Assembly: GCF_037042905.1 (NCBI RefSeq)
Contig: NC_087251.1
Span: 44,518,001-44,582,000 of the forward strand
From: Lytechinus pictus
Taxonomy: Eukaryota
Reading direction: 5' to 3'
Length of the DNA stretch: 64,000 nt
Part shown: piece by piece, positions 13,201 through 28,200 of the stretch
How positions within the stretch are numbered: the stretch's first letter is position 1
Layout of the letters: each line of letters begins with the position of its first letter
The notes under the pieces: model-generated
Databases searched by the model: none
What the model was told of the DNA's origin: nothing
What the model saw: only the letters and a program-made list of their open reading frames with translations
Program-made: the position numbers and the translations under genes

Positions 13201-16200
13201 GGGCCTGGTAAAATATAATGCTTTGCGATTGATCATGCAAACTGATCAATACAATCAATTGTAGAAATCAGCACAAACATCAATTCCTAAGCCTAGTTAT
13301 GTTACTGGGCCCGGGTCAACATACGGTGAATGAATTAGCTGTCTCCGTGGTATGAAAAGAGTTGATTATATTTAAGATGTGATGATGATTTTTCTCTAGA
13401 CAAAGGTATGAATCTTTTAGTCTACCGTAACTGGAATTATACTGTGCTGTGCTGTACATACTTTTCAATTTCATTAGCTAACGTCTAAAATATGTTCACT
13501 TAATCACATGTCTCGAGGTGGGGGGGGGGGGGCAGGTTTATATGAATAAACACAAACAACAACACAAGTGCATAAACAGGCTGTGTGTTTGTTTAATAAT
13601 AATGATAATAATGTTTTATTTACCCAGGGTAGCCACTTCAGTTAGGAAGCTTCACTTTCAGTGGGCGCTGCATAACATAATATGTTATTATTACCCTTCT
13701 CCAATCTAAATAATGAGTGCCTAGCAAGAAGGCAGAAGGTCCCATTTCTATAAGTCTTTGGTATGACTAGACTAGGGATCGAACCCACGACCTCCAGTTC
13801 ATGAGGCAGGCGCTCTACCACTGGGCCACCGTGCCCGGTTTGTTTGTTTGTTGATGTTGGAATTCATTGATAAAAACCCAATGCGATGTTGATATTTTAT
13901 CATCACTTTGAAATTTTCAGAATGTCGTAAGCAATGACCTTCAGAAACTGGTTAGGAGAGGAAACAGGAAGGTTGCTGGGGAACTCTTCAAGCGGCAGGA
14001 GCAGGAAGGCGGACATGGCTTCAACAGAATGCATTCAGAGGTGAATAGGATTTACACCATGCTGATGCCCCTGAGTGGAGATTGATATATACCAGTACAC
14101 TGTATGATTCATTGATTGATTTGATCGATTGTGAAAAAGTTTATCCCTAGTGAAGATAGTTATTCATCGGTAGACTGTTTTACTATGATTCATTAATTGT
14201 AGTATTGATTGATTGATTGATTGTGATAAGTTTTTTTTTTTAGATTGTTATATACCAATAGACTGTTTTATCCAGTGATTGATTGTAAAATTGATTGATT
14301 GATTGATTGATTGTGATAAGTTTATTTTTTATTTTTTTAGATTGTTATATACCAATAGACTGTTTTATTCAGTGATTGATTGTTAAATTGATTGTGAAAA
14401 AGATTATTCTATGTGAAGATTGTTACACCAATAGACTGTTTGATTTAGTGATTGATTGTAATATTGATTGATTGATTGATTGTGAAAAGTTTATTCCTTG
14501 TGAAGATTGTTACATACCAATAGACTGTTTGATTTAGTGATTGATTGTAATATTGATTGATTGATTGATTGTGAAAAAGGTTATTCTATGTGAAGATTGT
14601 TGCATACCAATAGACTGTTTGATTTAGTGATTGATTGTAATATTGATTGATTGATTGATTGTGAAAAGTTTATTCCTTGTGAAGATTGTTACATACCAAT
14701 AGACTGTTTGATTTAGTGATTGATTGTAATATTGATTGATTGATTGATTGTGAAAAGTTCATTCTATGTGAAGATTGTTACATACCAATAGACTGTTTGA
14801 TTTAGTGATTGATTGTAATATTGATTGATTGATTGTGAAAAAGGTTATTCTATGTGAAGATTGTTGCATACCAATAGACTGTTTGATTTAGTGATTGATT
14901 GTAAAATTGATTGTGAAATAGATTATCCTTCCTGAAGATGGTTATATAGCACTAGACCATGCAATTCATTTATTGATTGCTTGATTATGAAATAGATTTA
15001 TTTTTCCTCAGGGGAAAGTTAAATGTTTATTTTTCCGTAGATAAGAACATTTGTCGTTATTCATATGTATCTGCCAAGGGATTCTATCAAGTTGGTACAA
15101 TTGTATTTTGGTAAAAAGAAAATGTTGTGCCATTGCTATATTCTGCATCTCAGCTTCAACATAATTGTTTATTTATTTATTTATTTACTTATTTATTTGT
15201 TTGTTTGCTTGTTTGCTTGTTTGTTTGTTTGTTTGTCTATTTATTTATTAGTTAATTGATTAATTAATTAATTTATTTATTCATTTTTTTTTGTTTTTAT
15301 ATGCGTAGGTGTTGCTGTGTGATAAACCAGAAGAGCTCACTCCGTTCAAGGCTGTCTCGGTCAAGAAGAAACCATACTCATGCGATAGGGTAAGATGAAT
15401 TGAAAACTTCAAACATGACTCCTCGCACTCATTCATGCATTAATCAACCAAAGTCAAATATTCAGTTGGTTTGTGATGATACACTGACCCTGTGTGTAGA
15501 GACCACTTTTTAAAAAGGAAAGAAGAAAAGTGGTCTTTATTGTTGTGTGATCTTCATGGGCAAGTTTCGTTTACTATAAAGCTTCAGTTTTAAGAGACTG
15601 GTTAAAGCATGTGCCGCATAGCTGAAAGGTTGTGGATTAGTCAGGGCATGCCATAGACTTTCAGGAACATTACTCTGGGCCTCTTTGCCAGGCAGTCGGC
15701 ACTATGGAAGGAGTAGGGGAAGTCAAAGCACTGAGCTACTTGAGGACTTAACAGTCGTTAGCTGTTACTAAACAGGTGCTGCCTCATGTGCCTGATGACA
15801 TGGGAATGACTTTGAATTGTATCTGTAACTGCCTTAGCATTCGCTCAAATATAGATGAATAGGTAGTCCTGGGCCTCGTCTTACAAAGAGCTACGATTGA
15901 TCCAATCAATCACAACTGTATGGAAATCCATCCATACCATAATATGTTCTCCAGGAAATTTGCACGATCTCCTTAGTAAACAAAGAGAATCACACTGAAT
16001 CTTCAAGAGAACGATGAAAGTATGAATATACATCACAGTTAGAAAATATTTTGAACGAACATGCATAATAGATGTTGACATTGCTGGCCGTCCATAGTTG
16101 TGATTGGTTGGATCAATCGCAACTCTTTTTGTAAGACGGGGCCCTGAGATCACTACATCGTATCTGTGTGAAAATGCAAAGTTATTCAAGAAACCAATAG

Positions 16201-19200
16201 CCCATGATTTAAAATCATATGACGCCTAGATAGATCCATGTTATTTGATTAGTTGTTTGATGTCAATCTTTCAGCCCATTTTACAATGATATTAGCATCC
16301 TCGCAATTTTCGATCCATACGATCTTGTCCATTGCACGCGCATGCCAAGACAGCCGGCAGTTCACGTAAAAACACTCATGTTTACAGTGCTTGTGTTTGT
16401 ATGTATGCGACAATCAATGTGCGCACTTTTGCATTCACATGTATAAAATGCCAAATGAAAGGATCTATTTTTAGGTGTCATGTAAAACAAATAATGAATG
16501 TTCAATTTCAATGAATTTCAAATAAAGAAAATTTGGTGAAAGATGAAATGAATGATCCCTTCCACCTGGCTACGCCTTGTTGAATGTATCATTTCATTTT
16601 TCACCTCATGAAGTATTCTGTCCATTGCACTCATGAACATTCATCGTTTGTACACTATAGTATCAGCCAGGAGAGATACAGCTAGCTTCTGGTCATCTAC
16701 AATGCTGAAGCGTTTCCTTGCATGTGACTGACTGTAGTTATACCCTCATGTACGCAGAAAAAATTATTGTACAGTGAAACCTGTCTATAATGGCAACTCA
16801 AGGGAAGCACAAATTGTGGCCTTTTTAGGCAGGTGGCTGCTATATACAGGTTGTTGTACACACATCATCTGCCTCCATTTGATTCGATTTTAGTGGTCAT
16901 TATTAGCAGGTGGCTGCTATAGACAGACTCTTATACACACAATCTGCCTCCGTGGGAATCAGTTATAGTGGTCACTATAGACAGGTGGCTGCTATAGACA
17001 GGTTCTTATACATACAATCTGCCTCCGTGGGAATCAGTTATAGTGGTCGCTATAGACAGGTGGTTCCTATAGACAGAGACTTCATGTATACACACAAGTG
17101 CCTCTCTGGGAATTTGTTTTAGTGGTTACTAAAGGCAAGCGGTTGCTACAGACAGGTGCCCACTAACACATATTTGACTGTATTTCTTTGTATAGTGTAT
17201 TTCTTCATTACTCTCTTTCTCTTCTCCTACAGATCATGCCAATCCATTGTGCTGCCATCAACCCCAACCCCAAGATCCTGGAGAAGCTTCTGAACACCGT
17301 GCCGGAGCTCAACCTTGCCGATACCAAAGGAAAGAAGATCATCCACTACGCTGCTGCCTGCACGGGGTCGGGACCGCTCGAACTCCTCATTCAGAGGTTC
17401 GTATCTCTGGTTCCATGACATTTGCTCCGGCGACAAGTGCTCCGCTGTAAATTCCACACACTTAATGGAATGACCAACTTCAACCTTGGATTTAACCCCC
17501 ATACCCTATCCGACACACTAAACCTAATATAAAACCCTATTGCAACCCTAACCCTACATCTTAGACGACATAAAGCCTGGAGCGGTTGTCTCTGGAGGAA
17601 ATGACGTGTCACTGTATATCTTCTGTACTGTAGATTATTTTGTGTTGAGATGACTAGGGAAGCATTTCATGAAACGAATTGGCAGTGTAGTTCATTGACA
17701 TCTGTTATAAGCTACTGAAATCCTTGCATCTGATTGGCTAAGAATGTATGAGTGAAAATCACTTGCAAGATGCTTCATGACACACTCCCCGGGTGGATCC
17801 TATTCAAATGATTAGTTCGGACTCTACTCTTGACCAGGCATTGCCTAATGTGTAGATTCAATTGATATAAGATATAGGCCTGAATTCACAGAGGTGGTTT
17901 TGAGAACCCACGGTTGAATCCATGGTGTATGCAATTTTCCTGTATAAATAATTTAGCGTATCGGGCGCGTGTATAAAAAATGTCCAATGCTGATGCGTGC
18001 TTTTGTCACAGTGCGCCAAATGGACGCCTATTCCATGGTTAGATACACTATTTTTTCATGAGTCCACTGTTTGGAGAGTGGACTCATTAATTGAAAACAG
18101 TGGACTCATGAATAAAATAGCGTGGATGACCATGGCAACAGGCATCAATTCGGCGCACTGTGACAAAAGCGCGCATCAGCATTTGAATTTTTTAATATAC
18201 GCACTAAAATAAGCCTAATTTATACAGGAAATCTGCATAAACCATTGACTCAACCGTGGGTTTTCAAAACCACCTTTGTGAATTCGGGCCTGTAATGACT
18301 TGTTTGTGGTGACTGGTTATTATTGCCTATGATTGGGAATGGCTTTGAAGCAAATAACAGGAACCGCACTACAATCCCATAAGATAAAAGATGCACATAC
18401 TTTTGGGCAGGCTTTCACATAATAAACCCACCCTTGATAGCTTTGTAACAGTCCATATGCCTGTTACATGAAGTCACATTTGTCTTCTTTCAGTTTGATT
18501 CATGAGCAAACATGTTGAGTATTTTTTTTTTCATTCTCATCAAAGCCTTTTATAAGACAAATAGATGAATTTGCACTTTACAAAATCCTGTGCCCAGTAA
18601 CGTAAAGCTTAGCGATCAGTCTTTGGTCTGATTTCTAGGTTTGATTGTACTGGCCTCCTTTTTTTGGGGTCACAACACGGGAAGTAGTAGAAGTTGTATA
18701 GTGTCGTAGAAGGACTTGCAGGAGAAATTCCTGACATGGGACCGAGACGTGAACGCTCCTATGGTATTGATTATTGTGTGTGATCAATCATGAAAATTTA
18801 TCCCAAGGATCAATCACAACGCTGTATGTTACCGAGTTCTGGGCCCCATCTTACAAAGAGTTATGATCGATCCGATCAATCTCAAGTATATGGAAATCCA
18901 TCAATGTCATAATTTTTTCTTTAGGAAATTTGCTCGATGTCCTTTAAAAACAAAGAGAAGCATACCGTATATTGAATGTACATCATTTCTAGAAAATATT
19001 TTGAACAAACATGTATTTTTGTCTCACCTGCATAGCAGAGTGAGACTATAGGCGCCGCTTTTCCGACGGCAACGGCGGCGGCGTCAACACCAAATCTTAA
19101 CCTGAGGTTAAGTTTTTGAAATGACAGCATAACTTAGAAAGTATATGGACCTAGTTCATGAAACTTGGCCATAAGGTTAATCAAGTATTACTGAACATCC

Positions 19201-22200
19201 TGCCTGAGTTTCATGTCACATGACCAAGGTCAAAGGTCATTTAGGGTCAATGAACTTAGACCATGTTGCAGAGCTGCCAACCATTACGTTTTTGCCGTAA
19301 TCATTACGTTTTTTCATTCAAATTACGGCATTATGGTTTTTCTTTTCAAATTACGTTTTTTGACAATTTTGATAATGTGTGTACATAATTGTATGTATGT
19401 GGAGTGCGTGATGAGCCCGAGATGAGCCTGGTACTTGCGCGTGCATAGTCGCCTGCCGGCCGGTTTTCCAACGCACTTTAATAATTTGATAGCGTGCACG
19501 TACATATACGTTAGTTGAATATGCGAGCGGCATGCATGGTACGAATCGCGATGTATAGCGACTGGTAAATACGTCTGTAAGGATGATGATTATTATTCCA
19601 TTTGCAAAATTTTACAAAAATACTCATCATATATATTAAAGATTGAATCATCAAAAGATATTTTTCATATACTTTAAAATTAATTGTAGTGATAAAGAAA
19701 TGAAATTTTGAGGCTATTTTCTTGAATTGATTAATATCAATTCCCTTCGGATAACGGTACTGTCTGGTTAATTTTCATCAACTCGTATCAAACAAATACA
19801 ATGAATTCGGCTTTGAAAAGACCTGGAAAGCTCTTCATTGTCCCCTGAAGTAATAATTCTGGGTGATATTCAACATTTATTGATAGTTTCACATGATTTA
19901 TACTAGAGAGATGTCCTTCTGCCTTTTGAATTCATTAAAAAAGTCGGCACTTTAGCATTCAGTTTAGCAGGAATGGGAAGATTTCTTCCCTGGTTCTGGC
20001 GGCCTAGATGTCTGCTCTATAGTGCTGTCACTGCTGGGGATGATTGAGTGTGCGTGCAGTGTGATTGAGGCTGAGCTGTGCACATCGTGAAGTGATTTAC
20101 GATGGGACTTTTGTGGAATGATTTCAACTTCTTAATCTTATCTATAGATCTATTTGAATTTTAGATTAGATTGATTTATGAATAATTTTTCTATATTTGT
20201 GGAATGTTACATGTACACTTCCATTTTATGACACTTTAATTTTAAAGGGTACTGTTTGGCAAAAACAATGTTACTTGGGAAGAGAAGTCTGAATCGATGG
20301 CAACTTTTTTTTTTTTTTTCTCTTAGTCTACAATTTGGTAGTTTTGTCAGGAAACTCAACATAAAACAATGAATTATTTTAGAAGTGGAAAGGAAGCCCC
20401 AGAAAAATGGAGCCCTAAAAATGTTCACCAGAACTGATTTTGGTGCCCCTGAAAGATTTTTTTCTCGACAGATCTTCACTTTGATAAGTGCCGGAGTAGG
20501 TTGCACTACAAAATGAAAGGCCTAGCTACTTGTCATTTTTAGAAAAATTTGCCTAGGTGCCCATTTGACTAGAATAAAAGTGGCCTTCATGCCCTTTAGA
20601 ATGGCCTTGATACCCCTTGAAATTTTGGGGCATTCAAGGCCACTTTGCCGGTTGCCCCAAGCTGAAAGTGCCCATTTAAAAATGGCCTTGCCCCTCTCAA
20701 TTCTTAATTCAAGCCCTGCTACTGACTTAATTAAAGTTGGTAGATTATATCAAACGGCCCAAGACTAAGGGTCCAATTTGTAACACTCCGTTACTTAGCC
20801 CAGACTAGGCCTAGAGATTAACTTTTTTTAAATTGTTCACTGCATACATACTTTTTGCATTGGATGTTTGTCGCGTGTGGTTTTAAGGTTCGTTTTAACA
20901 CATTCCTTTTTTTTGTTGGAAATTCCTTTTTTTGGCCATAATGATTCCTTTTTTTGCTTGCACAAGGTTGGCAGCTCTGATGTTGGGGAATCAACATCAA
21001 AATCTTAACCTAAGGTTAAGTTTTTGAAATGTCATCATAACTTAGAAAATATATGGACCTAGTTCATGAAACTTATACATAAGGTTAATCAAGTATCACT
21101 GAACATCCTGCATGAGTTTCACGTCACATGACCAAGGTCAAAGGTCATTTAGGGTCAATGAACTTTGGCCAAATTGGGGGTATCTGTTGAATTACCATCA
21201 TAACTTTGAAAGTTTATGGATCTGATTCATGAAACTTGGACATAATAGTAATAAAGTATTACTGAACATCCTGTGCAAGTTTCAGGTCACATGATCAAGG
21301 TCAAAGGTCATTTAGGGTCAATGAACTTTGGCCAAATTGGGGTATTTGTTGAATTACAGCCATAAATTTGAAAGTGTGTTGGTCTAGTTCATAAAACTTG
21401 GACATAAGAGTAATCAGGTATCACTGAACATCCTGTGCGAGTTTCAGGTCACATGATCAAGGTCAAAGGTCATGTAAGGTCAAAGAACTTTGGCCACGTT
21501 GCTGGTACATGTATTTGTTGAATTGCCATCATATCTCTTTAAGTGTATTGGTCTAGTTCATAAAACGTGGAAATAAGAGTAACCAAGTATCACTGAACAT
21601 CTTGTGCGAGTCATAGTAGTTTTCAAAATCAGCACTGCTGCGTGATGCAGGTGAGACGGCCAGAGGCATTCCACTTGTTTAGATGTTGACGTTGCTGGCT
21701 TTCCATAGTTGCGATTGATTGGATAAATCGTAACTCTTTGTAAGACGGGGCTCAGGATTGGATTGGATTGGGTATTCATGTGTGTTCTTAACCTCCAGGT
21801 CAGCGTTTGCAGACGACACAGATAACCAAGGGAACACACCGCTCATGGTAGCCGCTTCTCTCAACAGGACACAGAACATTGAGGTCCTGGTGAAGAAACT
21901 CAAATCAGGTGAGAGTCCCTTCGAGAGATTTGGGATTGGGTTATGTAGAAGAAATCATGTTTGCATAGGCTCTGAGTGAACTCTTAGTAACCAAGTAAAT
22001 AGTAATTTTTTTTTTTTAAAGAGTAGATATTATTGTGTACAGATATATGTATAATAATAAAAATAGCTGGATTTATAAAGCGCTTCTTGTCTGAGGATTC
22101 AAAGCGCTGCTACTATTACCCCGGCTTTAGCTCGAGCTACCATCACCGGCGCTCAGTGCATGCAAGTATAGATATGGTCTGATTTTTTTCTTCTCCATTT

Positions 22201-25200
22201 TGGTTATTCAAAGTGTTTGCATCAGCGGCAGCAGCCATACATTTATGCAGTGTTGGACTACAAAGTTGCCCACAGATTAGACCACCATCAATAATACCTC
22301 CCATACATAAAACTTTCGCAACAGAATCATTTTTGATTGAATTGAATTATTATTGAATGTTATTTTGATAGTATACATGATGGTTTTTGCAATTTTGGAA
22401 GATTAAATGTGGCACTGCAGTTGTTAACTATTATCTCTCATTGATTCCATTAAAGCTGTCTTCCGAAATTGCTCATTTTTTGTAGCAACTTTCCAGTAAT
22501 TGTTTTCAGGTGATTACTTTATTTAATGACATTATTTTTTTTACCTTTTTCAGATGAAAAGGGTGGAGTATTCCGTAGAAATACATTTGGTCAGACACCC
22601 CTTCACTATGCTGCAGAGAATGGACATAATGTGAGTCTATTAATTGTGAACACAAACTTAATTAGAAATTATGTACTTGAATGACACCTCAGCAGACCTC
22701 TCAACCAATCTAAATTTAGAGGAAACAATATCAATTTCTTTCCATTCAATATGATTTTCCTATATTTCTTGATAACTTTACTGCTCAATCCAGAAGGAAA
22801 TACTTCCTTTTCCTACTTTTGAACAAAGTCATCCCTAAGTACACTTAAGGCACCTAACAAATTAAATAAAGTCATTATAAACAGAAAAGTGGAAATGCTT
22901 CCAATGGTACATGAATAACAAATTTATATTTAGAGGGAGTTAAAGGGCTGCTTCGGGCTGAAGATATTTATATCTCAATAAATAGAGTAAAATTTGCAGA
23001 GCAAAATGCAGAAAATCAGATAACAAATGACAAAGTTATTGAAATTTAAGGATTTGCATTATTTCGTGGAAACAGGTCGAGGCATGTCTTCATGAATATT
23101 CTTTAGGTGGGTTGATGATGTCATACCCCCACTTGTTCTTTTGTTTTTTATTATATAAAATTAGGTTTATAAAACATTTTCTACCGAAACCTAACACAAT
23201 TGGATTGACAAGTGCTAAAGTGATAATTTCACTTTGTTCTGATTTAAAAAATTCTCCTTTTGGTTCCTGAAAATGGGCTAAACATTAGGCTTATAGTGTA
23301 AAAATACCATCCCAAAAGTTTCAAAGTATTATATTTACAGGATCAATTTTAAAACCTTGGAGATGTAAACCAAAGTTTGAAATAATTGGGAGTTGGTTTC
23401 AATGACTATGTGTATACAGGGAATCTGTGCACCACAACACATTAATTCTAGATGAACACAGCATGACCTACATGCAGTGTGTACAAGGTATACACTGAAT
23501 GTACAGTGCAGCTAATAGTGTGTGTATATGAGATACACACAACAGAAGGCAGTCAAAATAGCCAACTGACTTTTTGAATTGGAGAAAACTGGTCATAAGC
23601 TGAACCCATCTACTAGATGGTTCTCAAAATCAGGCTAATAAATTGCTACTTGTATCTAAATTAGAGTTTTTCATCCTATATTTTGGTCTGTTTCAGGGTT
23701 TTTGAGGACAAATACAGGCACTCATACGCACGTTTCAACTCAGTTTGAGAATTTTTTAAATCAGCTGCTCACAAAGTTAAACAATCCCTTTAAGTGCATT
23801 TAGTTATTTCTTGCTGCAACTTATTTCATCATAATGGAGACACATCATTTACACATTTATGAAAAAATGAAACAATTATGATTTCATGCAAATTTTTAAG
23901 ATTCAATAACTTCGTTATTTGTTTTCTGATTTTGATCAAATTTTCAGCATTTTGCTCTGTGAATTTTACTCTATTATTTAGATATAAATATCTTCAGCTC
24001 GGATAGTAGGATATTTAGAGAAATCATGAGACATGGGATAGGTTTAGATTTTCTTACAAAGACTAAAGAACTGAAGAAAGGATTAGATTTGAAATTTGTT
24101 AGGAAGCAGTTCCAGAGATGGGTGCAGCAGCAAAGAATGCTCTTTCGCCTCATGTCCCTTTTGGTTCTCTTAATTTGGTGGAATTAGCTGAATGAAGACT
24201 GTTACAAATATATAGTAGAAGAGGGATGAATGAGAGAGGAATCATTATGAAGGGGCAATATTATGAACTGAATTGTAGGTAAGCACACCGATAAAATACA
24301 TTATAGACGATAGGAATTTGATGTAGATGGAAGATTGTCATCTTCAATGAATGGAAGATACAAGACTCCTTCCAAGTGAGGAAGATGTTGACTCTACAAG
24401 GAAGCATGGCTCACTGAAATTGACCTTGTGCTCTACTTCGATTTTCATGTTAGGATGCTGTACGAGCACTACTCAAGCATGGCGCAAACCTCCAAGCAAC
24501 TTTATCAGCCGGCAAGAACAAACTCACTCCATTCATGGTAGCATGTGAACGGGGTCACCTTCAGACGGTCAAGATCATGGCTGACCATGGGGCTATTCTT
24601 GACCAGAGAGGTAAGTTATATCCATTTAGCAATACTTCTAATCATATTTCAGTAACATCATACTTATGGGTGCAGTCATACCAACTATGCTGAAATCTGT
24701 ACCGCCCGGTGGTATATCATTGGAAATAATGTAATAGATTTTAATTGGTCTGGAGTAAGCCTGAAGAGGATTGTTATATAATGATGATTTCAGCTCTAAA
24801 GCAAGAAAATCAGGAACATTTGGGTCTGTTTTATAAATAAATGGTGGTGATTTTTTTGCCTGATTGCTCAGAAAGCATGAATGCTTGTAAGCAAGCAACC
24901 AGAGGACCGACGTCTTAAGGTCCTCTCCGAGGGACCTGGTAATGAGGATTAATGCCTTACCAAAGGGCAGTAGCGCACCAAGTGGGAATCGAACCCGGGT
25001 CAACAGGATCCGAAACCCCTGCTCTACCGACTGAGCTATCACGCCTCCTTTCTAAATAATTAGATGTCTTAACCTTATAGACAATAAGATCAACACCTGT
25101 ATCGATGAGATGTTCATCTAGCTAGACTTATAACGATTACATGACAGGTACCTATTACTGGTGGTGTATGATCTCTAATATTATTTGTATAAACATAGTG

Positions 25201-28200
25201 ATAAATGGTTATAAAACTTTCCAGCTTTTAGATTCGGGATTTTGGTTTAAAATGATATTATATTATATTATTTTGACTTTTTGCAACTCTTTGATTATTC
25301 GTACACCACAAAGACGTCACGTGTTGAAAGCACTTCTAAGATCAACTTTGCTAACTCACACATCAATAGTTTTAGTGTTAATCCTGTATCAGTAAGACTC
25401 TGATTAAGGCAAATGAGTCTACCTTATATACTGTATTTGGCCCTTCGTTATTCCCCTAGTAATCTTCAAATTCTTGCCAATTGTCCTTCAGATAAATTAA
25501 AGCGGACGCCCCTGATGCTGGCTGCTATTAACGGGCATGTCCCCGTCGCTGCATTCCTACTTCGTAAGGGATGCGATCCAAACGCCAGCGACTCATCACG
25601 GAATTCCCCTCTCCATTATTCTGCTGCATATGGCTGGTGGTTTATGCTCCGGCTTCTCCTCTCGGCTGGCGCGGACCCGAACGCACTCAACGATTGGAAG
25701 GTGAGTTTCTTCTGGGGAATGTTTTACGAACAAGTAGTTGTATTCTGCTGAAACCCTTGCATCTGATTGGCTCAGGTCAAATTAATCAATGAAAATTACT
25801 AATTCTTTCATGAAATTCCTTTCATTGAGCAGTAAGTCCATGATAAAAAAAAATCATAAGATTGGAATGGAAGTACTACATACAATTGATCAGGGTCCTG
25901 TAACACAAAGGTTAGCAATTAATCGTACGCTTGATTTCCACGATTAATTGTACACTGTTGTCAATGCAATCAATCGTAGAAAAATGTTCTACGATCATTG
26001 CTAAGCTTTGTGTTATGGGCCCCTGAAGAGAATCGGCTATTGTATTGCACTAGTTATTGTATCCCTTGAAAATTAATTGTAATAATTATAATAACGTAGT
26101 TCTTGTATAGCGCATATCACATTATGTCATAACGTCCCCATGCGCTCCCAAAGGACTTGGATATTATTACCCTGGCCTTAGCTCCGCAGCCTTTTACAGC
26201 GCGGTGGCATTTCAAGGAATAAATTCCTGCCAGGTACCCATTCACCTCACCTGGGTCGAGTGCAGCACAGTGTGGATAAATTTCTTGCTGAAGGAAAACA
26301 CGCCATGGGTAGGATTCCAACCCACGACCCTAAGTTTGAAAGGTGAGGGTCAGAACCACTAGACCACGACGCGCCCACAAGAACTGAAGAGAATTGGCTA
26401 CTGTATTGCCCTAGTTTATTGTATCCCTTGAAAATTGTGTGACCCGAATTGAACCAAACACATTGTCGTCCTGTGTTTGTAGGTACCACCCCTAGCCATT
26501 GCCTTCATGAAGGGCCACGTGGGGTGCGCCGACCTGCTCCTGGAGGACTCCAACGCCGATGTGAACTTCCGCGACGCCGACGGCTGGACGATCGTGATGC
26601 TGACCGTGAGCCAGCTGACCCCTGAGATGTGGGAGCAGCTCAAGTACCTGGTGGAGGAGAAGAACGCCAGCGTGACCCTCAAGGATGCCAACGACTGGAC
26701 CGCGGTAAGAACCCCCCCCCCCCCCTCTCTAAGGGCACAATATATTTTTTTTGCAGGGGTTGCGCCAGATCTCAGGGGTGTTTTCAGTGTCTGGTACTTT
26801 GACTGACAGTTTTATTTCCTGAACAAAAGGGAGAATTGGGGGTTATGGTAATTGAGTTAGCGTTTTCCATACCTAGGCAGGATTGTTCTACTCATTGACT
26901 TGTTTATATATGTCTTTGTTACTATGTATTCCTTATTTATTTCAAATAAATGATGATAATAATAATAAAAAAAAACTCAACTGATACCAGAGATGATGTG
27001 GTTATTGACGCAGTATATGTTGATGTCACTAAACTATGGATAAGAAGGTGGGAAAAGGCAGGGAGAGAGTGGCCTGCAACCCTGGGACCTCTTGAACCAA
27101 GCTGTTACACTCCTGGTTTACCGGCCAAAGCATCTTAACAGCTGAGCAGTTTTCATTGCTATTAAGCAATCATCAGTAGTGCTAGGATCTCTTTCTGTCG
27201 TTTCCAGTTATTTTGGCACAGATTAATGTGACCTCTTGAGTTAGGGGTGTAACTTCTAAAAAAAATAGCTTTCGGGACCTCTGCTGGTCTTGCTTTACAG
27301 AAAAAGAAAGGACAAATCTCCAAAGTGAAAGGAATTTCCTGATTTTATCCTCAGAAAATGAAATTATTGGATATATCCTCAGCGTACATTTATTGAAAAT
27401 GTATGTAGCTCACAAAGAGATATCTTCAATAGTATTTGTAGAATATTCCTGACAGGACTTCATTGCAATAAGCAAGTGTAAAAATATGGATTTTAAATAT
27501 TAAGAGTGCCTTTTAGGAAGATGTATATATCCTTGTTCCTTTTGAATCTATATTGTATTTTTCATTTTCCCCTTAGCTTCATCATCTGGCAGCTGCTAAC
27601 TTCCATCAGGTCAGTATAAGCACTTGCTAGTTTTCTTTGGTAACCTTATTTTTGTAATGATGTCTTCCATATTGTGAGTTAATGCAATACAATACAATGT
27701 AATTTGTGTCCGGTTGTATGCCCTGAAATTGAAATAAACAAATAAAATTCACTATGAAGCCATCTTTGTATTGTTTCTGAGAAACATATGAAGACTTAAT
27801 GATATCTTTCAATGATGAATTCTGATTTAAATAGTATGTGTAGTTCAAGAGCATTTGGTTCAAGTGAGAAAGAGAGGAGTAGACTTTGAAGAAGAAAATT
27901 AACTGGAGCATCAATGAACAATAATCTCTGATCTTTACCTTCCTTGTCTCAAAATTAGAATAAATAAATTCATTTTTCTACAAAGCCATCTATGTATTCA
28001 TTCTAAGAAACATCCTAGAAAAATTCTACCATGATGGATTCTGATGTAAAGAAAAGTTTAAGAGCATACCATTGAAATGAGAAGGAGATTTAATACATGA
28101 CAATTTCTTTGAGCATTCACGAGCTTCCATCTCTGGTATTTTCTTTTCTATCCATCTACCATCCAGGGTACCTTAGCAAAGAGGGACGAGAGGAAGAAGA

